A model generated the notes under the pieces. That model searched no databases, had not been told where the DNA came from, and saw only the letters and a list, made by a program, of their open reading frames with translations. This document shows, one piece after another, positions 29,399-40,653 of a stretch of 64,000 nt of DNA. Position 1 is the first letter of the stretch. Every line of letters starts with the position of its first letter. The DNA is from Verrucomicrobiota bacterium (GTDB lineage Bacteria > Verrucomicrobiota > Verrucomicrobiia > Limisphaerales > AAA164-E04). The translations under genes and the position numbers were made by a program. The stretch lies in the NCBI GenBank assembly GCA_047947115.1, contig CP170459.1, positions 4,384,001 through 4,448,000 on the forward strand, in the 5' to 3' direction.

Positions 29399-30592
29399 TC
29401 AAACCCGAATAAAGATCTTCCGCCGATACATCCAGTACAACACCAACCAAAGCACCACCAACACCAAACCGCGCTGAAGCATGGGTTCATAAGTCTCCCC
29501 CATCCAAAGGAAGATATCGGGACTGATGTGACGTTTGAGATTATCCCTTACGAAACCGGCGCTCAACTGCCACATGCAATAAAGCGTGATGGGATTCAAC
29601 CCCGCCACCACAAACGGAAAGGCCCATTTTTTCAAGTGCAGGCATTCGATCAAGACCACAAAAAACGCCATCAACAAGCACACCCAACCGGCGCTGAACA
29701 AGGTCCATGAAGGCGTCCAGATACGTTTTACGATAGGACAAATCCCAGCCTGCTCCAGCACCACCCCGGACAACAAACCCATCAAACCAAACACCAGCAA
29801 CCACCGCACCTTGTTCCACATGGATGAGCTGTCCCGCATCATTTGCCCGGCCAACAGACCAAAGATCATGGTAGCGATGGACGGGATGAAGTTCAGCGTT
29901 TGATACCCGCCTCGATTGAACACAAAGGCCTCTTCGCGAGGAAACAAATTCAAAAACCACTGGTCGAAACGTGCCGCGAAATTGTAGTTCTTGTCCCAAT
30001 GGGCGGCAAAGCCGGTCAGATGAGGCCAATCCTCCGGCACTCCTACGGAGGACCAGTCAAAATCCGCTGGCGCCACGGGGTACCAGGCAAAAGCCAGACC
30101 AGAAACTATCAAGATCAAAAGAGCCGCTGACCACTGCATCCAGGTGCGGCCATGCGCAACAAGAAATAGAACCGGATATCCCAGCCCAATCTGGGCGAGC
30201 ACATTCGGAAACACCCATTCCGTTTGTTGACTCCAGGCGGAGGACAGAAAAACGGCCAGCAGCACCAACACCAGCGAACGAATCAAAGCATGGCGCCAGG
30301 ATTGCCAGAGAGTTTCCCCCCGGTTTCGTCGGTTGGCAATCGACCAGGGAAGCGCCACGCCCACCATGAACATGAAAGCGGGTTGAATCAAATCCCATAA
30401 AGTGCACCCAGCCCAGGCGGCATGTTCCGTATAAACACCCATAATTTGCCAAATCCTGCTGTCTGGAAACGCTTCTGCAATGCGCGGGATGGCCAATCCC
30501 CCGGAAGCCATGAGCAACATGATCGCCCCCCGAAACGCATCCAGCGAAACGAGCCGAACCGCCACCGGACGAGGTTGGGTTGTGGAATCCAT
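29399..30592 (-). CDS. DUF5009 / heparan-alpha-glucosaminide N-acetyltransferase-like membrane protein
   Basis: RLVSLDAFRG, DLIQPAFMFMVG, VLAQIGLGY, PIVKRIWTPS, MYRRKIFIRV; multiple TM helices. Confidence 0.88.
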   Translation of the reverse strand: MDSTTQPRPVAVRLVSLDAFRGAIMLLMASGGLAIPRIAEAFPDSRIWQIMGVYTEHAAWAGCTLWDLIQPAFMFMVGVALPWSIANRRNRGETLWQSWRHALIRSLVLVLLAVFLSSAWSQQTEWVFPNVLAQIGLGYPVLFLVAHGRTWMQWSAALLILIVSGLAFAWYPVAPADFDWSSVGVPEDWPHLTGFAAHWDKNYNFAARFDQWFLNLFPREEAFVFNRGGYQTLNFIPSIATMIFGLLAGQMMRDSSSMWNKVRWLLVFGLMGLLSGVVLEQAGICPIVKRIWTPSWTLFSAGWVCLLMAFFVVLIECLHLKKWAFPFVVAGLNPITLYCMWQLSAGFVRDNLKRHISPDIFLWMGETYEPMLQRGLVLVVLWLVLYWMYRRKIFIRV

Positions 30593-30926
30593 ACCCTTCA
30601 TGTAAGGAAAGTCCCGAGAAAATACAATCCGATTCAATGCCAACAGAATGGAGGGCTTGGTTCCCCCCGAGCCCATCCTTCTCCATCGCCGCTTCCCCTA
30701 ACAACGGACGTGGAATGCGGACATCCTGTGGTTCTTGTCAGTCTAATGCCCTTCCATTGCAGCATGATATCAATTAGAAATCCCAGAAGGTCTATCGTAG
30801 ATTCAAAGTGTAATTTGACCCGGCATAAGTTCTCCATCGTTTAAACTTATTTCGAACTTTTTAGTGGCTCATATTTGCATTTATATGATAAATGACCTCC
30901 CCATGACCCTTGACTCAGGTAAATCA

Positions 30927-32276
30927 ATGACATTTTTTGACCATTCAAAACGCAAATTAAGACAAAGTTGGCAACGATTATTCACGTGGCTGCTCATGGC
31001 TGCCCCGTTCAGCCTGATGGCACAAGAGACATCTGCCATCGACACAGGCGACACCGCCTGGATCCTGGTATCAACTGCGCTCGTGTTGTTTATGAACATC
31101 CCGGGATTGGCCCTGTTTTATGCGGGATTGGTCAGAGGCAAGAACGTCCTTTCGGTTTTGATGCATTGTTTTGTGCTTACGGCGACCATGACCATCCTCT
31201 GGCTTGTTTGTGGCTATTCCCTCGCTTTCTCCACCTCTGGCATGGAGGCCAATACCACCAACATAAATTCGTTCATAGGGGGACTGGATCTGGCCATGCT
31301 CAAGGGCATCGATGGAACCACTACCGAAGGCACCATTCCAAAACTGCTGCACTTTGCGTTTCAGATGACCTTTTTCATCATCACCCCCGCCCTGATGGTG
31401 GGTGCCTTCGTGGAACGCATGAAATTTTCAGCCGTGTTGTGGTTCACCGCTCTTTGGAACATCATTGTCTACATCCCGATCTGCCATATGGTCTGGGGTG
31501 GCGCCGGAGGCTGGTTTGCTGACATGGGCGTGCAGGATTTTGCCGGTGGCATTGTCGTTCACATCACCGCAGGTGTCGGCGCGCTTGTCACATGTATTGT
31601 TCTTGGACCTCGCACAGGTTATCCTGCCAAACCGATGATGCCCCACAACCTGCCCATGACTGTTACGGGCGCTGCGATGCTGTGGGTCGGATGGTTTGGT
31701 TTCAACGGCGGCAGCGCACTGGGTGCCAACGGAGATGCAGCTTCAGCGCTGGTGGTGACACAAATTTCGGCAGCGGTAGCCACTCTGGTCTGGATGTTCA
31801 TAGAATGGTTCAAGCATGGCAGACCCAGCATGCTGGGCGCCGCCACGGGAGCCATCGCGGGACTGGCAGCAATCACGCCCGCTTCTGGAACAGTTGGCCC
31901 TGTCGGAGCGCTGGCCATCGGGACGATGTCTGGTTTCATCTGCTGGTGGGCTTCCACGGTGATCAAAAAGAAATTTGGCTACGACGATTCACTGGATGTA
32001 TTCGGTGTTCACGGTGTGGGAGGTTTCGTCGGCACAATCATGCTGGGTGTTTTTATGGCCCCGGTCTTCGGCGGTGTGGGTGGCGAGGATTTCTCGATGG
32101 GCAAACAATTGGGGGTTCAACTTTTTGCCGGACTATTGACTGCTGCCTATGCAGGCATCGCATCTTATGTCATCCTGCTGGTGGTAAAAGCCATGGTTGG
32201 GTTGCGCGTGGATGAAACGGAGGAAAACATGGGTCTGGACACCACTTATCATGGAGAAGAGGCCTACAACGAATAA
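30927..32276 (+). CDS. amtB: Ammonium transporter
   Basis: PGLALFYAG, FQMTF, DFAGGIVVH, WVGWFGFNGGS, DDSLDVFGVHG (twin His present). Start uncertain. Confidence 0.96.
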   Translation: MTFFDHSKRKLRQSWQRLFTWLLMAAPFSLMAQETSAIDTGDTAWILVSTALVLFMNIPGLALFYAGLVRGKNVLSVLMHCFVLTATMTILWLVCGYSLAFSTSGMEANTTNINSFIGGLDLAMLKGIDGTTTEGTIPKLLHFAFQMTFFIITPALMVGAFVERMKFSAVLWFTALWNIIVYIPICHMVWGGAGGWFADMGVQDFAGGIVVHITAGVGALVTCIVLGPRTGYPAKPMMPHNLPMTVTGAAMLWVGWFGFNGGSALGANGDAASALVVTQISAAVATLVWMFIEWFKHGRPSMLGAATGAIAGLAAITPASGTVGPVGALAIGTMSGFICWWASTVIKKKFGYDDSLDVFGVHGVGGFVGTIMLGVFMAPVFGGVGGEDFSMGKQLGVQLFAGLLTAAYAGIASYVILLVVKAMVGLRVDETEENMGLDTTYHGEEAYNE

Positions 32277-32294
32277 TCCCATCCCCCAAGCTAA

Positions 32295-32645
<351 letters not shown>

Positions 32646-32672
32646 CACGTCATCAGGTTGGCTGGACGAATC

Positions 32673-32712
32673 AAAAAAGGGGGCTCGCTCTATAAGAGTG
32701 AGTCCCCTTTCT
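32673..32712. terminator. Bidirectional terminator hairpin after glnK
   Basis: aaaaaagggggctcgctct-ata-agagtgagtccccttt. Confidence 0.8.
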
Positions 32713-32745
32713 CCATTTAACATCTGGGAAAATCTTCGGAATTTG

Positions 32746-32873
32746 CGGTTATAACGTTTGCCAAAAGCAGTTTCAGAAAAACCTCTGCATTACTGCGTAT
32801 AAAGCAAAGCGGGCGTGAGAATCAGAAGCATCTGCATGCCCTTATGCGCAAATACTTTTGGCAATCCGTATAA
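32746..32873. mobile_element. MITE-like miniature element, copy 1
   Basis: Imperfect terminal inverted repeats TTATAACGTTTGCCAAAAG / CTTTTGGCAATCCGTATAA; a full-length similar copy lies at 41360-41486. Confidence 0.7.
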
Positions 32874-32875
32874 AA

Positions 32876-34981
32876 TCACTCAATCCCGATCGATTTCAAA
32901 AACGGCTGAATCGATCGTTCACGGCCGAGAAACTCACGGATCAATTCGTTCGCATCACGTGAACCACCGGGAGCATAAATACTGTCCCGCAACCGACGCG
33001 CCACTTCCTTGTCTGCATACTTGAGTTCGGATTCCTCAAAAACAGTCGCCATATCGGCGGCAATGGCATCCGCCCAGGCATATCCGTAGTAACCGGCGTC
33101 ATACCCGGTCAAATGCCCAAAATACGTCACAAAAGTCGTTTCTTCCGGAACTGGCAGGAAAACGTCGCTGATAATCCGGTTGGAATCCTTGATGACATCC
33201 AATTTCGCTTCGGTCGAGGTGATCGAATGTAACTCCAGATCCAGAATCCCAAAGCTCAATTGACGGCGGTAAAAGGTGCCAATGGTTGCCAGACGCGCGT
33301 CCTTGAGTTGATTGAGAATGGCTTCGGGAATTTTCTTCGACGGATCCCGATAGTCCGCGGCAAAACTGTCGAGCTGTTCCTTGTCCCAAATCCAGTTTTC
33401 CAGCATCTGTGAAGGGGCTTCGACAAAGTCCCGCGGGACGCTGGTTCCGGAAAAACGTGAATGGCGCGCCCGCGTCAGGATGGAATGCAGGGCATGTCCG
33501 AATTCATGAAACAAGGTTTCCACTTCGCCATGTGAAAGCAACGAAGGCTTGTCGCCGGTGGGAGATGGAAAGTTGCAGATTAGGGCAACGCAAGGTCTCT
33601 GGTAGATTCCTCCTTCGAATTCCTTACCGGCCATGATGGTGAACTGGGCAAAGTGATTGAACTTGCCTTCGCGTGGAAACATATCGAGATAGAATGTCCC
33701 CAGCGGTTCACCGGTTTCGGCATCCAACACAGCGTAAAGTTCCAGATCGTCCACCCATTTGAAAGGAGGTTCCATGGACACGAATTTCAAACCGAACATG
33801 TTCTGGTATATTTTGAACATACCCTGAAGGGTCTGCTGATAAGGGAAGTAAACGCGCAGTTGTTCGGCATCCACGTTGTAACCTTTTTTCTGGAGAAGGT
33901 TGCTGTAATACCTCCAATCCCACAGGTTGATTTCGGCGTCGGCATCTCCGGTCTCCTCAATTTTCAATTGGCGGTATCGTTCCAATTCGGCGTCGAACTT
34001 GGGCTGCAGACCTTCCTTCAACTCTTTGAGAAAATCCAAAGCAGTTTTCCCGTTACCGGCCATCTTGACTTCCGTCTGGTAATCCGCCCAGGATCCATAA
34101 CCGAGTTTGTGAGCGATGGTCGTGCGAAGATTTAGAATGGACTGCAACAGCTCCACATTCTTGTCACCGGCAAGGGAATAACGCGCCACCTTCATGCGAC
34201 GCCTTGTCTCTTCGGATTTGGCGTTCTCCATGATGGTGATGAAATGCCAGGTCACATTGGCCTGGACAGTGTAAACGTCATCCCCGGTTTTGATGCCGTC
34301 CATTTCCAGAAAGGAAGCCGGCACGCCTTCCAGTTCCTCCGCGGTAAATTGCAGCGATGCGGTTGCCTTGGTGATATTGGAATCAAAATCGGTGCTCAAC
34401 TTGGACAACTCCTTGCGAAGCGATTCCACTTCATTACGCTCAGTTTGGGGCAATGCCAAACCCGCACGCTGATAATCACGCAGGGTTTCTTCAAACAGTT
34501 TCTTATCCTCGCCTTCCAGAGAAGGCTGGGTGTCGGCATAAGCCTTGACGGAACGATAAACATCTTCCCGATAATCCAAGCCAACCGCCCAGTCCTGAAA
34601 CCGCTTGATCTGTTCCGTCCCGGCGTCGCGGATGGCGGCGTCCTGACTCGTTTCCTTCATCAGGTAAATGCGGCTCGCGACCAGATCGGCCTTGTAACTG
34701 ATATCGTCCAATGCCCGGATGGTGTTTTCGAAGGTTACTTTATCGGGGTTCAATCCCGCGATACGATCCAAAGCGGCATCCGCGTGTCCGATGGCCAATT
34801 CCATGTTCTGTGCCATTTCCTCCGGAGTCGTTTCAAAATCCGGCAAAGCGAGAACAGAACCGAAAGGCTTGGCGGCCTGATTCAAGGATTCCAGATTGGT
34901 CGAGTTTTCGGACGGGTTATGGGGCACCGATTGGCAGGCTGTCATAATTACAAATAATAGGCTTAAAAGTGCGTTTCGCAT
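32876..34981 (-). CDS. M3A metallo-oligopeptidase (thimet/neurolysin-like), probable lipoprotein
   Basis: LFHEFGHALH, DFVEAPSQMLENW, YDAGYYGY.WA; signal peptide ending MTA-C. Confidence 0.93.
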   Translation of the reverse strand: MRNALLSLLFVIMTACQSVPHNPSENSTNLESLNQAAKPFGSVLALPDFETTPEEMAQNMELAIGHADAALDRIAGLNPDKVTFENTIRALDDISYKADLVASRIYLMKETSQDAAIRDAGTEQIKRFQDWAVGLDYREDVYRSVKAYADTQPSLEGEDKKLFEETLRDYQRAGLALPQTERNEVESLRKELSKLSTDFDSNITKATASLQFTAEELEGVPASFLEMDGIKTGDDVYTVQANVTWHFITIMENAKSEETRRRMKVARYSLAGDKNVELLQSILNLRTTIAHKLGYGSWADYQTEVKMAGNGKTALDFLKELKEGLQPKFDAELERYRQLKIEETGDADAEINLWDWRYYSNLLQKKGYNVDAEQLRVYFPYQQTLQGMFKIYQNMFGLKFVSMEPPFKWVDDLELYAVLDAETGEPLGTFYLDMFPREGKFNHFAQFTIMAGKEFEGGIYQRPCVALICNFPSPTGDKPSLLSHGEVETLFHEFGHALHSILTRARHSRFSGTSVPRDFVEAPSQMLENWIWDKEQLDSFAADYRDPSKKIPEAILNQLKDARLATIGTFYRRQLSFGILDLELHSITSTEAKLDVIKDSNRIISDVFLPVPEETTFVTYFGHLTGYDAGYYGYAWADAIAADMATVFEESELKYADKEVARRLRDSIYAPGGSRDANELIREFLGRERSIQPFLKSIGIE

Positions 34982-35146
34982 TTCGATGGCAAAACTAAAG
35001 GCCAAACCGCGCTGGAATCAAGAGGGGAATGATAACTCGAGATGGTTTCCCTGAAGTTTAACCGCGCTTCATCCAACCGACAGACTTGCTTAACAGGGTA
35101 AAAAAGTGTTTATCAAGCCGGCAAACAAGCAAATGTCATTCCTGTG

Positions 35147-35884
35147 CTACCACCAAGGATTTCCCGGATTCGGAACCTTACGTGTATTTTCCTCGTAGGC
35201 ATCGTCTGGAAAATGAAAAAACTCCACATGTGAATCTCCAAAAAGCAGGTTGAACCGGTGCTGTCCCTTGATGTTGTGCCATTGACTTTCCGGCTCACGC
35301 GGGTCACGACCGAGCCACCATGGCCAGTCACCGGTAATGATCTTGTTGGATGCGCTACGGGCGATGTCGGATGATTTGAGAGACTTGCCCTGAGGAGCAT
35401 TCTCCCCTGCTTTGGAATCGCCCGTTACATGCTGCACTCCCAAAACATCGACTGACCAGGAAGTGAGATAACTGTTCCCCCACCCTTGAAAACATGTTTT
35501 GGTTCCGGTTGGAAAGGTCTGTATCCAAAAGGAATCCCCCTTGTCTGAAGGACATCGATACGAATCCATGGCCTCCACATAGGCGTTCAAAGGTCGCCTC
35601 TCACCCGGCACAAGGCCTCCGTGAAGCGTCATGGTTCCTGTTTGCCCCCCCAGAGTTCCCCACTCTTCATAGAGCGGATAATAATCCTCATAATCCTCCA
35701 CATACAAAGCGAACCCCAACCCGTGTTGACGCAAGTTGTTCGTGCAGGCAATGGCCCTGGCCTTTTCTTTCGCCTTGGATAGTGCCGGCAACAGCATGCC
35801 TGCCAAAATAGCGATGATGGCGATCACCACCAGCAATTCAACCAGAGTAAATGCGCGCTGAAAACGATGAACCTTGGTGAACAT
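35147..35884 (-). CDS. Prepilin-type N-methylation domain protein (PVC pseudopilin-like, H-X9-DG-like C-terminus)
   Basis: [31 protein letters not shown]....[20 protein letters not shown]. Confidence 0.9.
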   Translation of the reverse strand: MFTKVHRFQRAFTLVELLVVIAIIAILAGMLLPALSKAKEKARAIACTNNLRQHGLGFALYVEDYEDYYPLYEEWGTLGGQTGTMTLHGGLVPGERRPLNAYVEAMDSYRCPSDKGDSFWIQTFPTGTKTCFQGWGNSYLTSWSVDVLGVQHVTGDSKAGENAPQGKSLKSSDIARSASNKIITGDWPWWLGRDPREPESQWHNIKGQHRFNLLFGDSHVEFFHFPDDAYEENTRKVPNPGNPWW

Positions 35885-35985
35885 ACCGCCCATCCTGCGT
35901 CATCATCATCTCCTTCTCAAGGCCGGATCACCAATCTGTCATCGGAAAAAGCCAGCATTGACGGGAACCATGATGATTGGGTTGA

Positions 35986-37785
35986 ATGGGTATATCGACC
36001 ATGTGGCGCACTCTGATCAATTCATTGTTCACCTTTTTGCTGGGATCACTGATCCTGGCCCAGCCCTGCCTTGCGAACATGGCACCCACACCACACCTGC
36101 GTCATCCGGTCAAAATCGCACTGATCAACAACGAATCCCAACTGCTCCTAGCCAACAGCCGCTCCGGTTCACTGAGTCTGATCGACCTTTCATCTACCCA
36201 AACAACACACGAATGGAAAGTTGCCGGGGCGCTTTCCGACATGGCGTTCATTGCGAAACGGAATCAGATACTGCTGACAGACAACAAACAGCATTCATTA
36301 ATCCAGTTAAGTTGGGACAACGCCACCCTACATTGGGACAGCCGAAGCGAGCTCAATGTGGCCACTGATCCTCAGCACATTGCACTGCATCCTGAAAACA
36401 ACATGGCCGCGATCGCCTCACGCTGGTCGCATCGATTAACCCTGCTCAAGTCCACGGAGACTCAAGGTCAAAAAGCATCCTGGAGAACCACTGAAGTCGT
36501 CGACCTCCCCTTCGCTCCCGGGAAAATGGTATTTGTTCCGGAACAAAACGGACTCCTGATTGCTGATGCCTTCAACGGCATATTGGCTCTGTTTGATCTG
36601 GGTAAAAAGAGCATCCGCACCGTCAGCCATTTTCAGATCAACAACATCGCCAACCTCTCCCTGACGCGGAATACAAGTCAAACAACCGTTTGGATATCGG
36701 GTGAATCCTTGAATTCCTACGCCACCACGTTCAATCCGGAAGTCACTTGGGGCGTCCTGATGGACAACCAGGTCCGTGCTATTCCCCTCACCGACCTGCT
36801 CAACCCGAAACGGTCCCCGGTACAAATGGGAACCGTATACGGCATGGGTGACGAAACCGGCCCCGGCGGAGATCCCAACGCCGTCCTTATCCGCAAAAAC
36901 GGCACTCTCATCACCAGCCTTGGCGGAGTCGATCGCGTGGCATTTCGCCCACAGTTGGCATCCACCTACACCCATCGTATCCAGGTGGGGGATCGACCGA
37001 TTGACATGGTGATGACGACCGATGAATCGACACTCTACGTCGCCAATCAATTTTCCGATTCCATATCGGTCATTGATCTGAACGAAACACGTCTTCTGAA
37101 ACACATCTCACTTGGACCACAACCCATGCTCACCGAAGCGGACGAAGGAGAACGACTTTTCTTTGACGCCAGCCTTTCCCTGCGGGGATGGTACAGCTGC
37201 CACAGTTGCCACACCGACGGTCACACCACGGGACTCCTGAACGACAACCTTGGCGACGACCATTTTGGTTCTCCCAAACGCATCCTGACGCTGCTGGGGG
37301 CAGCCTCTTCCCCACCCTTTTCGTGGCTGGGGAAGATGGACAATCTTGAAGCACAAATCGCAAAATCCCTCAGCAAAACCATGCTTCATAATGGAAGCAC
37401 CGACGACAAGGCGGCCTCCATTGCCCGATACCTGGAAACACTTGAAGCGCCGCCTTCACTGATTCACGCCAGAGCCGAAACAAACCCGGATCTCTTTCAT
37501 CAAGGTCGTCGGGTCTTTCACCGCGAAGGATGTGATGAATGTCACCGAGAACCTCATTACACAACAAACGATACCTTCAATGTGGGATTAACCGACAAAG
37601 CCGGCAATCAGGCTTTCAATCCCCCCTCTCTGCTGGGCATCAGTCAGCGGGACACCTTTTTCCATGACAACAGCGCATCCACGATCGAGGAAGTGCTGTT
37701 TGACCGCCACCATCCGGAACCACGCGACCAACCTCTGACAACGCAGGAGCGACATGCGTTGATTCATTTTCTGAACAGCCTTTAG
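35986..37785 (+). CDS. YncE-like beta-propeller fused to a di-heme cytochrome c peroxidase/MauG-family domain
   Basis: Propeller repeat 'LYVANQFSDSISVIDL'; GERLFFDA, CHSCH, CDECH, FNPPSLLG..FFHD. Confidence 0.85.
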   Translation: MGISTMWRTLINSLFTFLLGSLILAQPCLANMAPTPHLRHPVKIALINNESQLLLANSRSGSLSLIDLSSTQTTHEWKVAGALSDMAFIAKRNQILLTDNKQHSLIQLSWDNATLHWDSRSELNVATDPQHIALHPENNMAAIASRWSHRLTLLKSTETQGQKASWRTTEVVDLPFAPGKMVFVPEQNGLLIADAFNGILALFDLGKKSIRTVSHFQINNIANLSLTRNTSQTTVWISGESLNSYATTFNPEVTWGVLMDNQVRAIPLTDLLNPKRSPVQMGTVYGMGDETGPGGDPNAVLIRKNGTLITSLGGVDRVAFRPQLASTYTHRIQVGDRPIDMVMTTDESTLYVANQFSDSISVIDLNETRLLKHISLGPQPMLTEADEGERLFFDASLSLRGWYSCHSCHTDGHTTGLLNDNLGDDHFGSPKRILTLLGAASSPPFSWLGKMDNLEAQIAKSLSKTMLHNGSTDDKAASIARYLETLEAPPSLIHARAETNPDLFHQGRRVFHREGCDECHREPHYTTNDTFNVGLTDKAGNQAFNPPSLLGISQRDTFFHDNSASTIEEVLFDRHHPEPRDQPLTTQERHALIHFLNSL

Positions 37786-37792
37786 AACCCCT

Positions 37793-39322
37793 ATGAGCAT
37801 TAAACAACACCTGACAAGATACCTCGGTTTTTTCCTTGTTTGCTTTGCAACCTTACGCGCCGAGGATCAGCCTCAATGGGGAACCGCCTGGAATCGAAAC
37901 ATGATTTCAGCAGAAACGGGACTCCCTGCTCATTTTGATCCGGACACAGGCACCAACATCCGATGGAAAGTTCCCTTGGGAACCGAAGCTCACTCGTCGC
38001 CTGTCGTATCCGGAGGCCATGTCTTTATCGGCACCAACAATCACCAACCCCGGGATCCCAAACACCAGGGAGACCGAGGGGTCCTGATGTGTTTCGATGA
38101 ATTGACCGGAGAACTAAAATGGCAACTCGTCGTGCCCAAAAGAGAAGAAGACCGCTATTTTGATTGGCCACGAAGCGGCATTTCCTCCCCCGCCACTGTG
38201 GAAGGAGACCGGGTCTATGTTGTGACCAACCGGGGCGAAGTGGTCTGCCTGGACGCCCAAGGACTCAGCAACGGCAACCAGGGTCCTTTCATGGACGAAG
38301 CCCGCCACATGACACCTCAGGGCAGTGAACCTCTTGAGCTGGGTGATCTGGACGCGGACATCCTGTGGATGTTTGATCTGACACAAGAGGCAGGAATCTG
38401 GTCCCATGACGGGGCACACAGTTCGATCCTGATCAACGGCCCCCACCTCTATCTTAACACCGCCACCGGAGTGGACAACACCCACAAAAAGATCCGAACA
38501 CCGAACGCCCCCAGCCTGGTCGTATTGGACAAGGAAACGGGCACCTATCTGGCAAGGGAGAATGAAGGTAACGCGCCCAACATCTTTCATTGCACCTGGT
38601 CGGCGCCGGCGATGACCAAGGTGAATGGCCTGGAAACCATCTGGTTTGCCGGGGGAGATGGCATCGTCTATGGGTACGATCCCATTCCGTTTTCCATCAA
38701 AGCGCCCGACCAACCACTCCACCTGAACCGGGTTTGGCGTTATGATTTTGATCCAACCGCACCCAAGGAGGACGTGCATCGCTACAACCAAAACCGACGC
38801 GAAGGGCCCAGCAACATCTTCGGCATGCCGGTCATGGACGGTGACCACATGTATATCGCCGGTGGAGGAGATCTGTGGTGGGGAAAAATCGGTGCCTGGT
38901 TGAAATGCATCACTCCCTCCCGTGATGGCGACGCAGATCAAAGCTCGATCAAGTGGACCTTCCCGCTCGAGCGGCATGTCATGTCCACTCCCGCAGTCAC
39001 CGATGACCTGGTGTTTATTGCGGATTGTGGAAAAAATGTGTTCTGTCTTGATAAGAGCAACGGCAAACAACTCTGGCAACACAGCGCCAAAGGAGAATTC
39101 TGGGCATCCCCCTATGTTGCAGACGGCAAAGTCTACATTGGCAGCCGACGCGGTGATTTCATGATCCTTGCAGCGACGCGCGAAAAACAATTACTCAACG
39201 AAGCCGACCTCGGGGCACCCGTTAGCGCCACCGCATGTGCAGCAAACGGCCGTCTCTTTGTGGCAACCATGACCGCGCTGTATTGCCTGGAAGTCGAATC
39301 TCAGGGCGTCAACAACCTGTAG
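37793..39322 (+). CDS. PQQ-binding-like (BamB-type) beta-propeller protein
   Basis: Signal peptide; NIRWKVPLG..HSSPVV, TGELKWQ, SPYVADGKVYIG; 7 bp downstream of the di-heme gene. Confidence 0.88.
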   Translation: MSIKQHLTRYLGFFLVCFATLRAEDQPQWGTAWNRNMISAETGLPAHFDPDTGTNIRWKVPLGTEAHSSPVVSGGHVFIGTNNHQPRDPKHQGDRGVLMCFDELTGELKWQLVVPKREEDRYFDWPRSGISSPATVEGDRVYVVTNRGEVVCLDAQGLSNGNQGPFMDEARHMTPQGSEPLELGDLDADILWMFDLTQEAGIWSHDGAHSSILINGPHLYLNTATGVDNTHKKIRTPNAPSLVVLDKETGTYLARENEGNAPNIFHCTWSAPAMTKVNGLETIWFAGGDGIVYGYDPIPFSIKAPDQPLHLNRVWRYDFDPTAPKEDVHRYNQNRREGPSNIFGMPVMDGDHMYIAGGGDLWWGKIGAWLKCITPSRDGDADQSSIKWTFPLERHVMSTPAVTDDLVFIADCGKNVFCLDKSNGKQLWQHSAKGEFWASPYVADGKVYIGSRRGDFMILAATREKQLLNEADLGAPVSATACAANGRLFVATMTALYCLEVESQGVNNL

Positions 39323-40653
39323 GCCAAGCGATAATAACGAGTTCCCGTCATCACGTCTGCCCGACGAATCGGCCAGCGATAAAGCGCCCGATGCGAAAAA
39401 ATAGTTTCCAAAGTTCCGTCGGCAAGAACCGCAACACCCGCGCTGGGCAGTCCGTCTGCATGCCATGAACCAAGATCATCACTCCATTCCAACACCAGTT
39501 CCACATCCAATCTTGCCACACTTGGAATGGAAGCAGTCAATGACCACACGGATCGATCGGAATCAAGAGACAGCCGTGCAACTTCCGGCAATTCATCGTC
39601 CGTTTGAACAGGATCCAGTTTCCATACAAATTCCACGAGGTTTGAAAGACCATCACCATCCGAATCATGCGTTGCAATAGATGGATCAGACACACTTCCT
39701 TCAGGCAACCATCTCCTTACCCAATCTGTAAAAGTCTCCCGACCTGATTGCGGGTCGAACAACACCCCGGACAATACACCCTGAGAGGAACTGACAAAAC
39801 TCCCATCCTGATTTTCAACCATCGAGATGCGCGTTCCTCCACCGGAGATATTGGTTTCAAACGAGTACTTCGCATGGGGCTGGCAATTGAACACATAAAA
39901 CCGCAATGGCTTGGTCCCCAACTCAACCGGAAGATCAATCCGGTTCGAAACAAATCTTCGCCATCCATCCTCACTGCGGGCAAATGACACCAGCACCTCT
40001 TCGTTCGAGCCACGGATCAATGCGCTTTCCCCCCAAGTATCCCCGGCAGCTAAGACCGTAATGCGCTGTTTTTCGCCATCTTCGGTTGGACGCAAAACCG
40101 TGAGGAAGGTGTGGTCCAATGCATCATCGGCAGGTTCAAGTTCCACGCGCCACTCACCGTAAGGTTCCGGTTCAAAATCGGTAACCGGACCCAGCGAAGC
40201 TTCTTCTTCGCTCCAATGCCAGTTGTAATTCTGATCAAACACCCAGAAATCCTTGACTCCGCGCCCGCCGACTTTTCGGACGTTTCGTTGTTCAGGAAAC
40301 AGGAAATCCATATCCAGACGCGCATTTCCCGAACGGACCGTCAACTGTCGAGCTCCGTGGTGTAGCAGTTCCCCCGGAGTCAAAAGTTGTCCCTCCACAT
40401 CCAGGTTTGGTTCCTCCAGAAAGTGGAATAACAACTTGGTATTCTCCCCGCTGAACTCGGGCGCTGTCACACCGACCCGATCATACACCACAACATACTC
40501 GGCCTCCCCGGAATCCTCCGGACGCAAGTAGACGAATTCCCGGCGGTACTGTCGCAGTTTGGCCACGTTCCCCGGTCGATCATCACTGACTGCTGCTTGA
40601 TAATAGTCCGTGCTGTTGTAAGCACGCGTGGCGTCTCCTGTAACATAGGTCAT
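39301..40653 (-). CDS. C-terminal part of a heparinase II/III-like protein plus a 'DSDGDG..N..E' repeat and terminal YYR domain; probably N-truncated
   Basis: Begins with the normally internal motif TYVTGDATRAY; R.FVYLRP, VVYDRV, GEWRVELEP, FLTVL. No signal peptide or catalytic alpha-toroid. Confidence 0.6.
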   Translation of the reverse strand: MTYVTGDATRAYNSTDYYQAAVSDDRPGNVAKLRQYRREFVYLRPEDSGEAEYVVVYDRVGVTAPEFSGENTKLLFHFLEEPNLDVEGQLLTPGELLHHGARQLTVRSGNARLDMDFLFPEQRNVRKVGGRGVKDFWVFDQNYNWHWSEEEASLGPVTDFEPEPYGEWRVELEPADDALDHTFLTVLRPTEDGEKQRITVLAAGDTWGESALIRGSNEEVLVSFARSEDGWRRFVSNRIDLPVELGTKPLRFYVFNCQPHAKYSFETNISGGGTRISMVENQDGSFVSSSQGVLSGVLFDPQSGRETFTDWVRRWLPEGSVSDPSIATHDSDGDGLSNLVEFVWKLDPVQTDDELPEVARLSLDSDRSVWSLTASIPSVARLDVELVLEWSDDLGSWHADGLPSAGVAVLADGTLETIFSHRALYRWPIRRADVMTGTRYYRLAYRLLTP

